Assembly: GCA_964016885.1 (NCBI GenBank)
Contig: OZ024744.1
Span: forward strand, 47,120,001-47,184,000
DNA length: 64,000 nt
Direction of reading: 5' to 3'
Source of the DNA: Eledone cirrhosa
Lineage: Eukaryota
The position numbers and the translations under genes are program-made. The notes below the pieces were generated by a model. It had not been told where the DNA came from. It was given only the letters and a program-made list of their open reading frames with translations, and made no database searches. Shown here in pieces: positions 26,009-41,000 of this stretch (its first letter is position 1; the number at the start of each line of letters is the position of its first letter).

Positions 26009-29000
26009 GCTTTTTGCTGTGTCTTTCACATGTCCACTTTACAATGTGCGCCGGGTGCTTTTTGCTGTGTCTTTCACATGTCCACTTTACAGTGTCGGCT
26101 GGGTGCTTGTTGCTGTGTCTTTCTCACGTCCAAATTACAGTGTGGGCTGGGTGATTTTTGCTGTGTCTTTCACATATACACTTTACAGTGTGGGCTGGGT
26201 GCTTTTTGCAGTGTCTTTCACACGTCCACTTTACAGTGTGGGCTGGGTGCTTTTTACTGTGTCTTTCACATGTCCACTTTACAGTGTGGGCTGGGTGCTT
26301 TTTGCTGTGTCTTTCACATGTCCACTTTACAGTGTGGGCTGGGTGCGTTTTGCTGTGTCTTTCACATGTCCACTTTAGAGTGTGGACTGTGTGCTTTTTG
26401 CTGTGTCTTTCACACCTCAACTTTACAGTGTGGGCTGGGTGCTTTTTGCTGTGTCTTTCACACGTCCACTTTACAGTGTGTGCTGGGTGCTTTTTGCTGT
26501 GTCTTTCACATGTCCACTTCACAGTGTGGGCTGGGTGCTTCTTGCTGTGTCTTTCTCACGTCCACTTCACAGTGTGGGCTGGGTGCTTTTTGCTGTGTCT
26601 TTCACATGTCCACTTTACAATGTGGGCTGGGTGCTTTTTGCTGTGTCTTTCACATGTCCACTTTACAATCTGGGCTGGGTGCTTTTTGCTGTGTCTTTCA
26701 CATATCCACTTCACAGTGTGGGCTGGGCGCTTTTTGCAGTGTCTTTCACACGTCAACTTTACAGTGTGGGCTGGGTGCTTTTTGCTGTGTCTTTCACATG
26801 TCCACTTGACAGTGTGGGCTGGGTGCTTTTTGCAGTGTCTTTCACACGTCCACTTTACAGTGTGGGCTGGGTGCTTTTTGCTGTGTCTTTCACATGTCCA
26901 CTTTACAGTGTGGGCTGTGTGCTTTTTGCAGTGTCTTTCACACGTCCACTTTACAGTGTGGGCTGGGTGCTTTTTGCTGTGTCTTTCACATGTCCACTTC
27001 ACAGTGTGGGCTGGGTGCTTTTTGCTGTGTCTTTCACATGTCCACTTTACAGTGTGGGCTGGGTGCTTTTTTCAGTGTTTTTCACATGTCCACTTTACAG
27101 TGTGGGCTGGGCGCTTTTTGCAGTGTCTTTCAAACGTCAACTTTACAGTGTGGGCTGGGTGCTTTTTACTGTGTCTTTCACATGTCCACTTTTACAGTGT
27201 GGGCTGGGTGCTTGTTGCTGTGTCTTTCTCACGTCCACTTTACAGTGTGGGCTGGGTGCTTTTTGCTGTGTCTTTCACATGTCCACTTTACAGTGTGGGC
27301 TGGGTGCTTTTTTCAGTGTCTTTCACACGTCCTCTTTACAGTGTGGGCTGGGTGCTTGTTGCTGTGTCTTTCTCACGTCCACTTTACAGTGTGGGCTGGG
27401 CGCTTTTTGCAGTGTCTTTCACACGTCCTCTTTACAGTGTGGGCTGGGTGCTTTTTGCTGTGTCTTTCACATGTCCACTTTACAGTGTGGGCTGGGCGCT
27501 TTTTGCAGTGTCTTTCAAACGTCAACTTTACAGTGTGGGCTGGGTGCTTTTTACTGTGTCTTTCACATGTCCACTTTACAGTGTGGGCTGGGTGCTTTTT
27601 GCTGTGTCTTTCACATGTCTACTTTACAGTGTGGGCTGGGTGCGTTTCGCTGTGTCTTTCACATGTCCACTTTACAGTGTGGACTGTGTGCTTTTTGCTG
27701 TGTCTTTCACACCTCCACTTTACAGTGTGGGCTGGGTGCTTTTTTCTGTGTCTTTCACACGTCCACTTTACATTGTGGGCTGGGTGCTTTTTGCTGTGTC
27801 TTTCACATGTCCACTTTACAGTGTGGGCTGGGTGCTTTTTTCAGTGTTTTTCACATGTCCACTTTACAGTGTGGGCTGGGCGCTTTTTGCAGTGTCTTTC
27901 AAACGTCAACTTTACAGTGTGGGCTGGGTGCTTTTTTCAGTGTCTTTCACACGTCCTCTTTATAGTGTGGGCTGGGTGCTTGTTGCTGTGTCTTTCTCAC
28001 GTCCACTTTACAGTGTGGGCTGGGCGCTTTTTGCAGTGTCTTTCACACGTCCTCTTTACAGTGTGGGCTGGGTGCTTTTTGCTGTGTCTTTCACATGTCC
28101 ACTTTACAGTGTGGGCTGGGCGCTTTTTGCAGTGTCTTTCAAACGTCAACTTTACAGTGTGGGCTGGGTGCTTTTTACTGTGTCTTTCACATGTCCACTT
28201 TACAGTGTGGGCTGGGTGCTTTTTGCTGTGTCTTTCACATGTCCACTTTACAGTGTGGGCTGGGTGCGTTTTGCTGTGTCTTTCACATGTCCACTTTACA
28301 GTGTGGACTGTGTGCTTTTTTCTGTGTCTTTCACACCTCCACTTTACAGTGTGGGCTGGGTGCTTTTTGCTGTGTCTTTCACACGTCCACTTTACAGTGT
28401 GTGCTGGGTGCTTTTTGCTGTGTCTTTCACATGTCCACTTCACAGTGTGGGCTGGGTGCTTCTTGCTGTGTCTTTCTCACGTCCACGTCACAGTGTGGGC
28501 TGGGTGCTTTTTGCTGTGTCTTTCACATGTCCACTTTACAATGTGGGCTGGGTGCTTTTTGCTGTGTCTTTCACATGTCCACTTTACAATCTGGGCTGGG
28601 TGCTTTTTGCTGTGTCTTTCACATATCCACTTTACAGTGTGGGCTGGGCGCTTTTTGCAGTGTCTTTCACACGTCAACTTTACAGTGTGGGCTGGGTGCT
28701 TTTTGCTGTGTCTTTCACATGTCCACTTTACAGTGTGGGCTGGGTGCTTTTTGCAGTGTCTTTCACACGTCCACTTTACAGTGTGGGCTGGGTGCTTTTT
28801 GCTGTGTCTTTCACATGTCCACTTTACAGTGTGGGCTGTGTGCTTTTTGCAGTGTCTTTCACACGTCCACTTTAGAGTGTGGGCTGGGTGCTTTTTGCTG
28901 TGTCTTTCACATGTCCACTTCACAGTGTGGGCTGGGTGCTTTTTGCTGTGTCTTTCACATGTCCACTTTACAGTGTGGGCTGGGTGCTTTTTTCAGTGTT

Positions 29001-32000
29001 TTTCACATGTCCACTTTACAGTGTGGGCTGGGCGCTTTTTGCAGTGTCTTTCAAACGTCAACTTTACAGTGTGGGCTGGGTGCTTTTTACTGTGTCTTTC
29101 ACATGTCCACTTTTACAGTGTGGGCTGGGTGCTTGTTGCTGTGTCTTTCTCACGTCCACTTTACAGTGTGGGCTGGGTGCTTTTTGCTGTGTCTTTCACA
29201 TGTCCACTTTACAGTGTGGGCTGGGTGCTTTTTTCAGTGTCTTTCACACGTCCTCTTTACAGTGTGGGCTGGGTGCTTGTTGCTGTGTCTTTCTCACGTC
29301 CACTTTACAGTGTGGGCTGGGCGCTTTTTGCAGTGTCTTTCACACGTCCTCTTTACAGTGTGGGCTGGGTGCTTTTTGCTGTGTCTTTCACATGTCCACT
29401 TTACAGTGTGGGCTGGGCGCTTTTTGCAGTGTCTTTCAAACGTCAACTTTACAGTGTGGGCTGGGTGATTTTTACTGTGTCTTTCACATGTCCACTTTAC
29501 AGTGTGGGCTGGGTGCTTTTTGCTGTGTCTTTCACATGTCCACTTTACAGTGTGGGCTGGGTGCGTTTCGCTGTGTCTTTCACATGTCCACTTTACAGTG
29601 TGGACTGTGTGCTTTTTGCTGTGTCTTTCACACCTCCACTTTACAGTGTGGGCTGGGTGCTTTTTGCTGTGTCTTTCACACGTCCACTTTACAGTGTGTG
29701 CTGGGTGCTTTTTGCTGTGTCTTTCACATGTCCACTTCACAGTGTGGGCTGGGTGCTTCTTGCTGTGTCTTTCTCACGTCCACTTCACAGTGTGGGCTGG
29801 GTGCTTTTTGCTGTGTCTTTCACATGTCCACTTTACAATGTGGGCTGGGTGCTTTTTGCTGTGTCTTTCACATGTCCACTTTACAATCTGGGCTGGGTGC
29901 TTTTTGCTGTGTCTTTCACATATCCACTTTACAGTGTGGGCTGGGCGCTTTTTGCAGTGTCTTTCACACGTCAACTTTACAGTGTGGGCTGGGTGCTTTT
30001 TGCTGTGTCTTTCACATGTCCACTTTACAGTGTGGGCTGGGTGCTTTTTGCAGTGTCTTTCACACGTCCACTTTACAGTGTGGGCTGGGTGCTTTTTGCT
30101 GTGTCTTTCACATGTCCACTTTACAGTGTGGGCTGCGTGCTTTTTGCTGTATCTTTCACATGTCCATTTTGCAGTGTGGGCTGTGTGCTTTTTTCAGTGT
30201 CTTTCACATGTCCACTTCACGGTGTGGGCGGGATGCTTTTTGCTGTGTCTTTCACATGTCCACTTTACAATGTGGGCTGGGTGCTTTTTGCAGTGTCTTT
30301 CACATGTCCACTTTACAGTGCGGGCTGGGCGCTTTTTGCAGTGTCTTTCAAACGTCAACTTTACAGTGTGGGCTGGATACTTTTTACTGTGTCTTTCACA
30401 TGTCCACTTTACAGTGTGGGCTGGGTGCTTTTTGCTGAGTCTTTCACATGTCCACTTTACAGTGTGGGCTGGGTGCGTTTTGCTGTGTCTTTCACATGTC
30501 CACTTTACACTGTGGGCTGGGTGCTTTTTGCTGTGTCTTTCACATATCCACTTTACAATGTGGGCTGGGTGCTTTTTGCTGAGTCTTTCACACGTCCACT
30601 TTACAGTGTGGGCTGTGTGCTTTTTGCAGTGTCTTTCAAACGTCAACTTTACAGTGTGGGCTGGGTGCTTTTTGCTGTGTCTTTCACATGTCCACTTTAC
30701 AATGTGGGCTGGGTGCTTTTTGCTGTGTCTTTCACATGTCCACTTTACAGTGTGGGCTGGGTGCTTCTTGCAGTGTCTTTCACATGTCCACTTTACAGTG
30801 TGGGCTGGGTGCTTTTTGCTGTGTCTTTCACATGTCCACTTTACAGTGTGGGCTGGGTGCTTTTTGCTGTGCCTTTCACATGTCCACTTTATAGTGTGGG
30901 CTGGGTGCTTTTTGCAGTGTCTTTCACACGTCCACTTTACAGTTTGGGCTGGGTGCTTTTGCTGTGTCTTTCACATGTCCACTTTACAGTGTGGGCTGGG
31001 TGCTTTTGCTGTGTCTTTCACATGTCTACTTTACAATGTGGGCTGGGTGCTTTTTGCTGTGTCTTTCACATGTCCACTTTACAGTGTGGGCTGGGTGCTT
31101 CTTGCAGTGTCTTTCACATGTCCACTTTACAGTGTGGGCTGGGTGCTTTTTGCTGTGTCTTTCACATGTCCACTTTACAGTGTGGGCTGGGTGCTTTTTG
31201 CTGTGTCTTTCACGTGCCCACTTCACAGTGTGGGCTGGGTGCTTTTTGCTGTGTCTTTCACATGTCCACTTTACAATGTGGGCTGGGTGCTTTTTGCTTT
31301 GTCTTTCAAATGTCCACTTTACAATGTGGGCTGGGTGCTTTTTGCTGTGTCTTTCACATGTCCACTTTACAGTGTGGACTCGGTGCTTTTTGCTGTGTCT
31401 TTCACCTGTCCACTTTACAGTGTGGGCTGGGTGCTTTTTGCTGAGTCTTTCACATGTCCACTTTACAGTGTGGGCTGGGTGCTTTTTGCAGTGTCTTTCA
31501 CACGTCCACTTTATAGTGTGGGCTGGGTGCTTTTTGCTGTGTCTTTCACATGTCCACTTTACAGTGTGGGCTGGGTGCTTTTTGCTGTGTCTTTCACATG
31601 TCCACTTTACAATGTGCGCCGGGTGCTTTTTGCTGTGTCTTTCACATGTCCACTTTACAGTGTCGGCTGGGTGCTTGTTGCTGTGTCTTTCTCACGTCCA
31701 AATTACAGTGTGGGCTGGGTGATTTTTGCTGTGTCTTTCACATGTACACTTTACAGTGTGGGCTGGGTGCTTTTTGCAGTGTCTTTCACACATCCACTTT
31801 ACAGTGTGGGCTGGGTGCTTTTTACTGTGTCTTTCACATGTCCACTTTACAGTGTGGGCTGGGTGCTTTTTGCTGTGTCTTTCACATGTCCACTTTACAG
31901 TGTGGGCTGGGTGCGTTTTGCTGTGTCTTTCACATGTCCACTTTACAGTGTGGACTGTGTGCTTTTTGCTGTGTCTTTCACACCTCCACTTTACAGTGTG

Positions 32001-35000
32001 GGCTGGGTGCTTTTTGCTGTGTCTTTCACACGTCCACTTTACAGTGTGTGCTGGGTGCTTTTTGCTGTGTCTTTCACAAGTCCACTTCACAGTGTGGGCT
32101 GGGTGCTTCTTGCTGTGTCTTTCTCACGTCCACTTCACAGTGTGGGCTGGGTGCTTTTTGCTGTGTCTTTCACATGTCCACTTTACAATGTGGGCTGGGT
32201 GCTTTTTGCTGTGTCTTTCACATGTCCACTTTACAATCTGGGCTGGGTGCTTTTTGCTGTGTCTTTCACATATCCACTTCACAGTGTGGGCTGGGCGCTT
32301 TTTGCAGTGTCTTTCACACGTCAACTTTACAGTGTGGGCTGGGTGCTTTTTGCTGTGTCTTTCACATGTCCACTTTACAGTGTGGGCTGGGTGCTTTTTG
32401 CAGTGTCTTTCACACGTCCACTTTACAGTGTGGGCTGGGTGCTTTTTGCTGTGTCTTTCACATGTCCACTTTACAGTGTGGGCTGTGTGCTTTTTGCAGT
32501 GTCTTTCACACGTCCACTTTACAGTGTGGGCTGGGTGCTTTTTGCTGTGTCTTTCACATGTCCACTTCACAGTGTGGGCTGGGTGCTTTTTGCTGTGTCT
32601 TTCACATGTCCACTTTACAGTGTGGGCTGGGTGCTTTTTTCAGTGTTTTTCACATGTCCACTTTACAGTGTGGGCTGGGCGCTTTTTGCAGTGTCTTTCA
32701 AACGTCAACTTTACAGTGTGGGCTGGGTGCTTTTTACTGTGTCTTTCACATGTCCACTTTTACAGTGTGGGCTGGGTGCTTGTTGCTGTGTCTTTCTCAC
32801 GTCCACTTTACAGTGTGGGCTGGGTGCTTTTTGCTGTGTCTTTCACATGTCCACTTTACAGTGTGGGCTGGGTGCTTTTTTCAGTGTCTTTCACACGTCC
32901 TCTTTACAGTGTGGGCTGGGTGCTTGTTGCTGTGTCTTTCTCACGTCCACTTTACAGTGTGGGCTGGGCGCTTTTTGCAGTGTCTTTCACACGTCCTCTT
33001 TACAGTGTGGGCTGGGTGCTTTTTGCTGTGTCTTTCACATGTCCACTTTACAGTGTGGGCTGGGTGCTTTTTGCTGTGTCTTTCACGTGTCCACTTTACA
33101 ATGTGGGCTGGGTGCTTTTTGCTGTGTCTTTCACATGTCCACTTTACAATCTGGGCTGGGTGCTTTTTGCTGTGTCTTTCACATATCCACTTTACAGTGT
33201 GGGCTGGGCGCTTTTTGCAGTGTCTTTCACACGTCAACTTTACAGTGTGGGCTGGGTGCTTTTTGCTGTGTCTTTCACATGTCCACTTTACAGTGTGGGC
33301 TGGGTGCTTTTTGCAGTGTCTTTCACACGTCCACTTTACAGTGTGGGCTGGGTGCTTTTTGCTGTGTCTTTCACATGTCCACTTTACAGTGTGGGCTGTG
33401 TGCTTTTTGCAGTGTCTTTCACACGTCCACTTTACAGTGTGGGCTGGGTGCTTTTTGCTGTGTCTTTCACATGTCCACTTTACAGTGTGGGCTGCGTGCT
33501 TTTTGCTGTATCTTTCACATGTCCATTTTGCAGTGTGGGCTGTGTGCTTTTTTCAGTGTCTTTCACATGTCCACTTCACGGTGTGGGCGGGATGCTTTTT
33601 GCTGTGTCTTTCACATGTCCACTTTACAATGTGGGCTGGGTGCTTTTTGCAGTGTCTTTCACATGTCCACTTTACAGTGCGGGCTGGGCGCTTTTTGCAG
33701 TGTCTTTCAAACGTCAACTTTACAGTGTGGGCTGGATACTTTTTACTGTGTCTTTCACATGTCCACTTTACAGTGTGGGCTGGGTGCTTTTTGCTGAGTC
33801 TTTCACATGTCCACTTTACAGTGTGGGCTGGGTGCGTTTTGCTGTGTCTTTCACATGTCCACTTTAAACTGTGGGCTGGGTGCTTTTTGCTGTGTCTTTC
33901 ACATATCCACTTTACAATGTGGGCTGGGTGCTTTTTGCTGAGTCTTTCACACGTCCACTTTACAGTGTGGGCTGTGTGCTTTTTGCAGTGTCTTTCAAAC
34001 GTCAACTTTACAGTGTGGGCTGGGTGCTTTTTGCTGTGTCTTTCACATGTCCACTTTACAATGTGGGCTGGGTGCTTTTTGCTGTGTCTTTCACATGTCC
34101 ACTTTACAGTGTGGGCTGGGTGCTTCTTGCAGTGTCTTTCACATGTCCACTTTACAGTGTGGGCTGGGTGCTTTTTGCTGTGTCTTTCACATGTCCACTT
34201 TACAGTGTGGGCTGGGTGCTTTTTGCTGTGCCTTTCACATGTCCACTTTATAGTGTGGGCTGGGTGCTTTTTGCAGTGTCTTTCACACGTCCACTTTACA
34301 GTTTGGGCTGGGTGCTTTTGCTGTGTCTTTCACATGTCCACTTTACAGTGTGGGCTGGGTGCTTTTGCTGTGTCTTTCACATGTCTACTTTACAATGTGG
34401 GCTGGGTGCTTTTTGCTGTGTCTTTCACATGTCCACTTTACAGTGTGGGCTGGGTGCTTCTTGCAGTGTCTTTCACATGTCCACTTTACAGTGTGGGCTG
34501 GGTGCTTTTTGCTGTGTCTTTCACATGTCCACTTTACAATGTGGGCTGGGTGCTTTTTGCTGTGTCTTTCACATGCCCACTTCACAGTGTGGGCTGGGTG
34601 CTTTTTGCTGTGTCTTTCACATGTCCACTTTACAATGTGGGCTGGGTGCTTTTTGCTGTGTCTTTCAAATGTCCACTTTACAATGTGGGCTGGGTGCTTT
34701 TTGCTGTGTCTTTCACATGTCCACTTTACAGTGTGGACTCGGTGCTTTTTGCTGTGTCTTTCACCTGTCCACTTTACAGTGTGGGCTGGGTGCTTTTTGC
34801 TGAGTCTTTCACATGTCCACTTTACAGTGTGGGCTGGGTGCTTTTTGCAGTGTCTTTCACACGTCCACTTTATAGTGTGGGCTGGGTGCTTTTTGCTGTG
34901 TCTTTCACATGTCCACTTTACAGTGTGGGCTGGGTGCTTTTTGCTGTGTCTTTCACATGTCCACTTTACAATGTGCGCCGGGTGCTTTTTGCTGTGTCTT

Positions 35001-38000
35001 TCACATGTCCACTTTACAGTGTCGGCTGGGTGCTTGTTGCTGTGTCTTTCTCACGTCCAAATTACAGTGTGGGCTGGGTGATTTTTGCTGTGTCTTTCAC
35101 ATGTACACTTTACAGTGTGGGCTGGGTGCTTTTTGCAGTGTCTTTCACACGTCCACTTTACAGTGTGTGCTGGGTGCTTTTTGCTGTGTCTTTCACATGT
35201 CCACTTTACAGTGTGGGCTGGGTGCTTTTTGCTGTGTCTTTCACATATCCACTTTACAGTGTGGGCTGGGTGCTTTTTGCTGAGTCTTTCACACGTCCAC
35301 TTTACAGTGTGGGCTGGGTGCTTTTTGCTGTGTCTTTCACGCGTCCACTTTACAGTGTGGGCTGGGTGCTTTTTGCTGTGTCTTTCACATGTCCACTTTA
35401 CAATGTGGGCTGGGTGCTTTTTGCTGAGTCTTTCACATGTCCACTTTACAGTGTGGGCTGGGTGCTTTTTGCAGTGTCTTTCACACGTCCACTTTATAGT
35501 GTGGGCTGGGTGCTTTTTGCTGTGTCTTTCACATGTCCAATTTACAGTGTGGGCTGGGTGCTTTTTGCTGTGTCTTTCACATGTCCACTTTACAATGTGC
35601 GCCGGGTGCTTTTTGCTGTGTCTTTCACATGTCCACTTTACAGTGTCGGCTGGGTGCTTGTTGCTGTGTCTTTCTCACGTCCAAATTACAGTGTGGGCTG
35701 GGTGATTTTTGCTGTGTCTTTCACATGTACACTTTACAGTGTGGGCTGGGTGCTTTTTGCAGTGTCTTTCACACGTCCACTTTACAGTGTGTGCTGGGTG
35801 CTTTTTGCTGTGTCTTTCACATGTCCACTTTACAGTGTGGGCTGGTTGCTTTTTGCTGTGTCTTTCACATATCCACTTTACAGTGTGGGCTGGGTGCTTT
35901 TTGCTGTGTCTTTCACACGTCCACTTTACAGTGTGGGCTGGGTGCTTTTTGCTGTGTCTTTCACATGTCCACTTTACAATGTGGGCTGGGTGCTTTTTGC
36001 TGTGTCTTTCACATCTCCACTTTACAGTGTGGGCTGGGTGCTTCTTGCAGTGTCTTTCACACGTCCACTTTACAGTGTGGGCTGGGTGCTTTTTGCTGTG
36101 TCTTTCACATGTCCACTTTACAGTGTGGGCTGGGTGCTTTTTGCTGTGTCTTTCACATGTCCACTTTATAGTGTGGGCTGGGTGCTTTTTGCAGTGTCTT
36201 ACACACGTCCACTCTACAGTGTGGGCTGGGTGCTTTTTGCTGTGTCTTTCACGTGTCCACTTTACAATGTGGGCTGGGTACTTTTTGCTGTGTCTTTCAC
36301 ATGTCCACTTTACAGTGTGGGCTGGGTGCTATTTGCTGTGTCTTTCACATGTCCACTTTACAGTGTGGGCTGGGTGCTTTTTGCTGTGTCTTTCACATGT
36401 CCACTTTACAATGTGAGCTGGGTGCTTTTTGCTGTGTCTTTCACATCTCCACTTTACAGTGTGGGCTGGGTGCTTGTTGCTGTGTCTTTCTCACGTCCAC
36501 TTTACAGTGTGGGCTGGGTGCTTTTTGCTGTGTCTTTCACATGTCCACTTTACAGTGTGGGCTAGGTGCTTTTTTCAGTGTCTTTCACACGTCCACTTTA
36601 CATTGTGGGCTGGGTGCTTGTTGCTGTGTCTTTCTCACGTCCACTTTACAGTGCGGGCTGGGTGCTTTTTGCTGTGTCTTTCACATGTCCACTTTACAGT
36701 GTGGGCTGGGTGCTTTTTTCAGTGTCTTTCACATGTCCACTTTACAGTGTGGGCTGGGCGCTTTTTGCAGTGTCTTTCAAACGTCAACTTTACAGTGTGG
36801 GCTGGGTGCTTTTTACTGTGTCTTTCACATGTCCACTTTACAGTGTGGGCTGTGTGCTTGTTGCTGTGTCTTTCTCCCGTCCACTTTACAGTGTGGGCTG
36901 GGTGCTTGTTGCTGTGTCTTTCACATGTCCACTTTACAGTGTGGGCTGGGTGCTTTTTTCAGTGTCTTTTACACGTCCACTTTACAGTGTGGGCTGGGTG
37001 CTTGTTGCTGTGTCTTTCTCACGTCCACTTTACATTGTGGGCTGGGTGCTTTTTGCTGTGTCTTTCACATGTCCAGTTTACAGTGTGGGCTGGGTGCTTT
37101 TTTCAGTGTCTTTCACACGTCCACTTTACAGTGTGGGCTGGGTGCATGTTGCTGTGTCTTTCTCACGTCCACTTTACAGTGTGGGCTGGGTGCTTTTTGC
37201 TGTGTCTTTCACATGTCCACTTTACAGTGTGGGCTGGGTGCTTTTTTCAGTGTCTTTCACATGTCCACTTTACAGTGTGGGCTGGGTGCTTTTTGCTGTG
37301 TCTTTCACATGTCCACTTTACAATGTGGGCTGTGTGCTTTTTGCTGTGTCTTTCACATGTCCACTTTACAATGTGGGCTGGGTGCTTTTTGCTGTGTCTT
37401 TCACATGTCCACTTTACAGTGTGGGCTGGGTGCTTTTTGCTGTGTCTTTCACATGTCCACTTGACAGTGTGGGCTGGGTGCTTTTTGCTGTGTCTTTCAC
37501 ATGTCCACTTTACAGTGTGGGCTGGGTCCTTTTTGCTGTGTCTTTCACATGTCCACTTTACAGTGTGGGCTGGGTGCTTTTTGCTGTGTCTTTCAAATGT
37601 CCACTTTACAATGTGGGCTGGGTGCTTTTTGCTGTGTCTTTCACATGTACACTTTACAATGTGGGCCGGGTGCTTTTTACTGTGTCTTTCACATGTCCAC
37701 ATTACAGTGTGGGCTGGGTGCTTTTTGCTGTGTCTTTCACATGTCCACTTCACAGTGTGGGCTGGGTACTTTTTGCTGTGTCTTTCACACGTCCACTTTA
37801 CAGTTTGGGCTGGGTGCTTTTTGCTGTGTCTTTCACATGTCAACTTTACAGTGTGGGCTGGGTGCTTTTTGCTGTGTCTTTCACATGTCCACTTTACAGT
37901 GTGGGCTGGGTGCTTTTTGCTGTGTCTTTCACATGTCCACTTTACAGTGTGGGCTGGGTGCTTTTTGCTGTGTCTTTCACATGTCCACTTTACAATGTGG

Positions 38001-41000
38001 GCTGGGTGCTTTTTGCTGTGTCTTTCACATGTCCACTCTATAGTGTAGGCTGGGTGCTTTTTGCAGTGTCTTTCACACGTCCACTTTACAGTGTGGGCTG
38101 GGTGCTTTTTGCTGTGTCTTTCACATGTCCACTTTACAATGTGGACTGGGTGCTTTTTGCTGTGTCTTTCACATGTCCACTTTACAGTGTGGGGTGTGTG
38201 CTTCTTGCAGTGTCTTTCACACGTCCACTTTACAGTGTGGGCTGGGTGCTTTTTGCTGTGTCTTTCACATGTCCACTTTACAGTGTGGGCTGGGTGCTTT
38301 TTGCTGTGTCTTTCACATGTCCACTTTACAGTGTGGGCTGGGTGCTTTTTTCAGTGTCTTTCACATGTCCACTTTACAGTGTGGGCTGGGTGCTTTTTGC
38401 TGTGTCTTTCACATGTCCACTTTACAATGTGGGCTGTGTGCTTTTTGCTGTGTCTTTCACATGTCCACTTTACAATGTGGGCTGGGTGCATTTTTGCTGT
38501 GTCTTTCACATGTCCACTTTACAGTGTGGGCTGGGTGCTTTTTGCTGTGTCTTTCACATGTCCACTTCACAGTGTGGGCTGGGTGCTTTTTGCTGTGTCT
38601 TTCACATGTCCACTTTACAGTGTGGGCTGGGTGCTTTTTGCTGTGTCTTTCACATGTCCACTTTACAGTGTGGGCTGTGTGCTTTCTGCTGTGTCTTTCA
38701 CATGTCCACTTTACAGTGTGGGCTGGGTGCTTTTTGCTGTGTCTTTCACATGTCCACTTTACAATGTGGGCTGGGTGCTTTTTGCTGTGTCTTTCACATG
38801 TCCACTTTACAATGTGGGCTGGGTGCTTTTTGCTGTGTCTTTCACATGTCCACTTTACAGTGTGGGCTGGGTGCTTTTTGCTGTGTCTTTCACATGTCCA
38901 CTTCACAGTGTGGGCTGGGTACTTTTTGCTGTGTCTTTCACACGTCCACTTTACAGTTTGGGCTGGGTGCTTTTTGCTGTGTCTTTCACATGTCCACTTT
39001 ACAGTGTGGGCTGGGTGCTTTTTGCTGTGTCTTTCACATGTCCACTTTACAGTGTGGGCTGGGTGCTTTTTGCTGTGTCTTTCACATGTCCACTTTATAG
39101 TGTGGGCTGTGTGCTTTTTGCTGTGTCTTTCACATGTCCACTTTACAATGTGGGTTGGGTGCTTTTTGCTGTGTCTTTCACATGTCCACTTTACAGTGTG
39201 GGCTGGGTGCTTTTTGCTGTGTCTTTCACATATCCACTTTACAGTGTGGGCTGGGTGCTTTTTGCTGAGTCTTTCACACGTCCACTTTACAGTGTGGGCT
39301 GGGTGCTTTTTGCTGTGTCTTTCACGCGTCCACTTTACAGTGTGGGCTGGGTGCTTTTTGCTGTGTCTTTCACATGTCCACTTTACAATGTGGGCTGGGT
39401 GCTTTTTGCTGTGTCTTTCACATCTCCACTTTACAGTGTGGGCTGGGTGCTTCTTGCAGTGTCTTTCACACGTCCACTTTACAGTGTGGGCTGGGTGCTT
39501 ATTGCTGTGTCTTTCACATGTCCACTATACAGTGTGGGCTGGGTGCTTTTTGCTGTGTCTTTCACATGTCCACTTTATAGTGTGTGCTGGGTGCTTTTTG
39601 CAGTGTCTTTCACACGTCCACTCTACAGTGTGGGCTGGGTGCTTTTTGCTGTGTCTTTCACGTGTCCACTTTACAATGTGGGCTGGGTACTTTTTGCTGT
39701 GTCTTTCACATGTCCACTTTACAGTGTGGGCTGGGTGCTTTTTGCTGTGTCTTTCACATGGCCACTTTACAGTGTGGGCTGGGTGCTTTTTGCTGTGTCT
39801 TTCACATGTCCACTTTACAATGTGAGCTGGGTGCTTTTTGCTGTGTCTTTCACATGTCCACTTTACAGTGTGGGCTGGGTGCTTGTTGCTGTGTCTTTCT
39901 CACGTCCACTTTACAGTGTGGGCTGGGTGCTTTTTGCTGTGTCTTTCACATGTCCACTTTACAGTGTGGGCTAGGTGCTTTTTTCAGTGTCTTTCACACG
40001 TCCACTTTACATTGTGGGCTGGGTGCTTGTTGCTGTGTCTTTCTCACGTCCACTTTACAGTGAGGGCTGGGTGCTTTTTGCTGTGTCTTTCACATGTCCA
40101 CTTTACAGTGTGGGCTGGGTGCTTTTTTCAGTGTCTTTCACATGTCCACTTTACAGTGTGGGCTGGGCGCTTTTTGAAGTGTCTTTCAAACGTCAACTTT
40201 ACAGTGTGGGCTGGGTGCTTTTTACTGTGTCTTTCACATGTCCACTTTATAGTGTGGGCTGTGTGCTTGTTGCTGTGTCTTTCTTCCGTCCACTTTACAG
40301 TGTGGGCTGGGTGCTTGTTGCTGTGTCTTTCACATGTCCACTTTACAGTGTGGGCTGGGTGCTTTTTGCTGAGTCTTTCACACGTCCACTTTACAGTGTG
40401 GGCTGTGTGCTTTTTGCAGTGTCTTTCAAACGTCAACTTTACAGTGTGGGCTGGGTGCTTTTTGCTGTGTCTTTCACATGTCCACTTTACAATGTGGGCT
40501 GGGTGCTTTTTGCTGTGTCTTTCACATGTCCACTTTACAGTGTGGGCTGGGTGCTTCTTGCAGTGTCTTTCACATGTCCACTTTACAGTGTGGGCTGGGT
40601 GCTTTTTGCTGTGTCTTTCACATGTCCACTTTACAGTGTGGGCTGGGTGCTTTTTGCTGTGCCTTTCACATGTCCACTTTATAGTGTGGGCTGGGTGCTT
40701 TTTGCAGTGTCTTTCACACGTCCACTTTACAGTTTGGGCTGGGTGCTTTTGCTGTGTCTTTCACATGTCCACTTTACAGTGTGGGCTGGGTGCTTTTGCT
40801 GTGTCTTTCACATGTCTACTTTACAATGTGGGCTGGGTGCTTTTTGCTGTGTCTTTCACATGTCCACTTTACAGTGTGGGCTGGGTGCTTCTTGCAGTGT
40901 CTTTCACATGTCCACTTTACAGTGTGGGCTGGGTGCTTTTTGCTGTGTCTTTCACATGTCCACTTTACAATGTGGGCTGGGTGCTTTTTGCTGTGTCTTT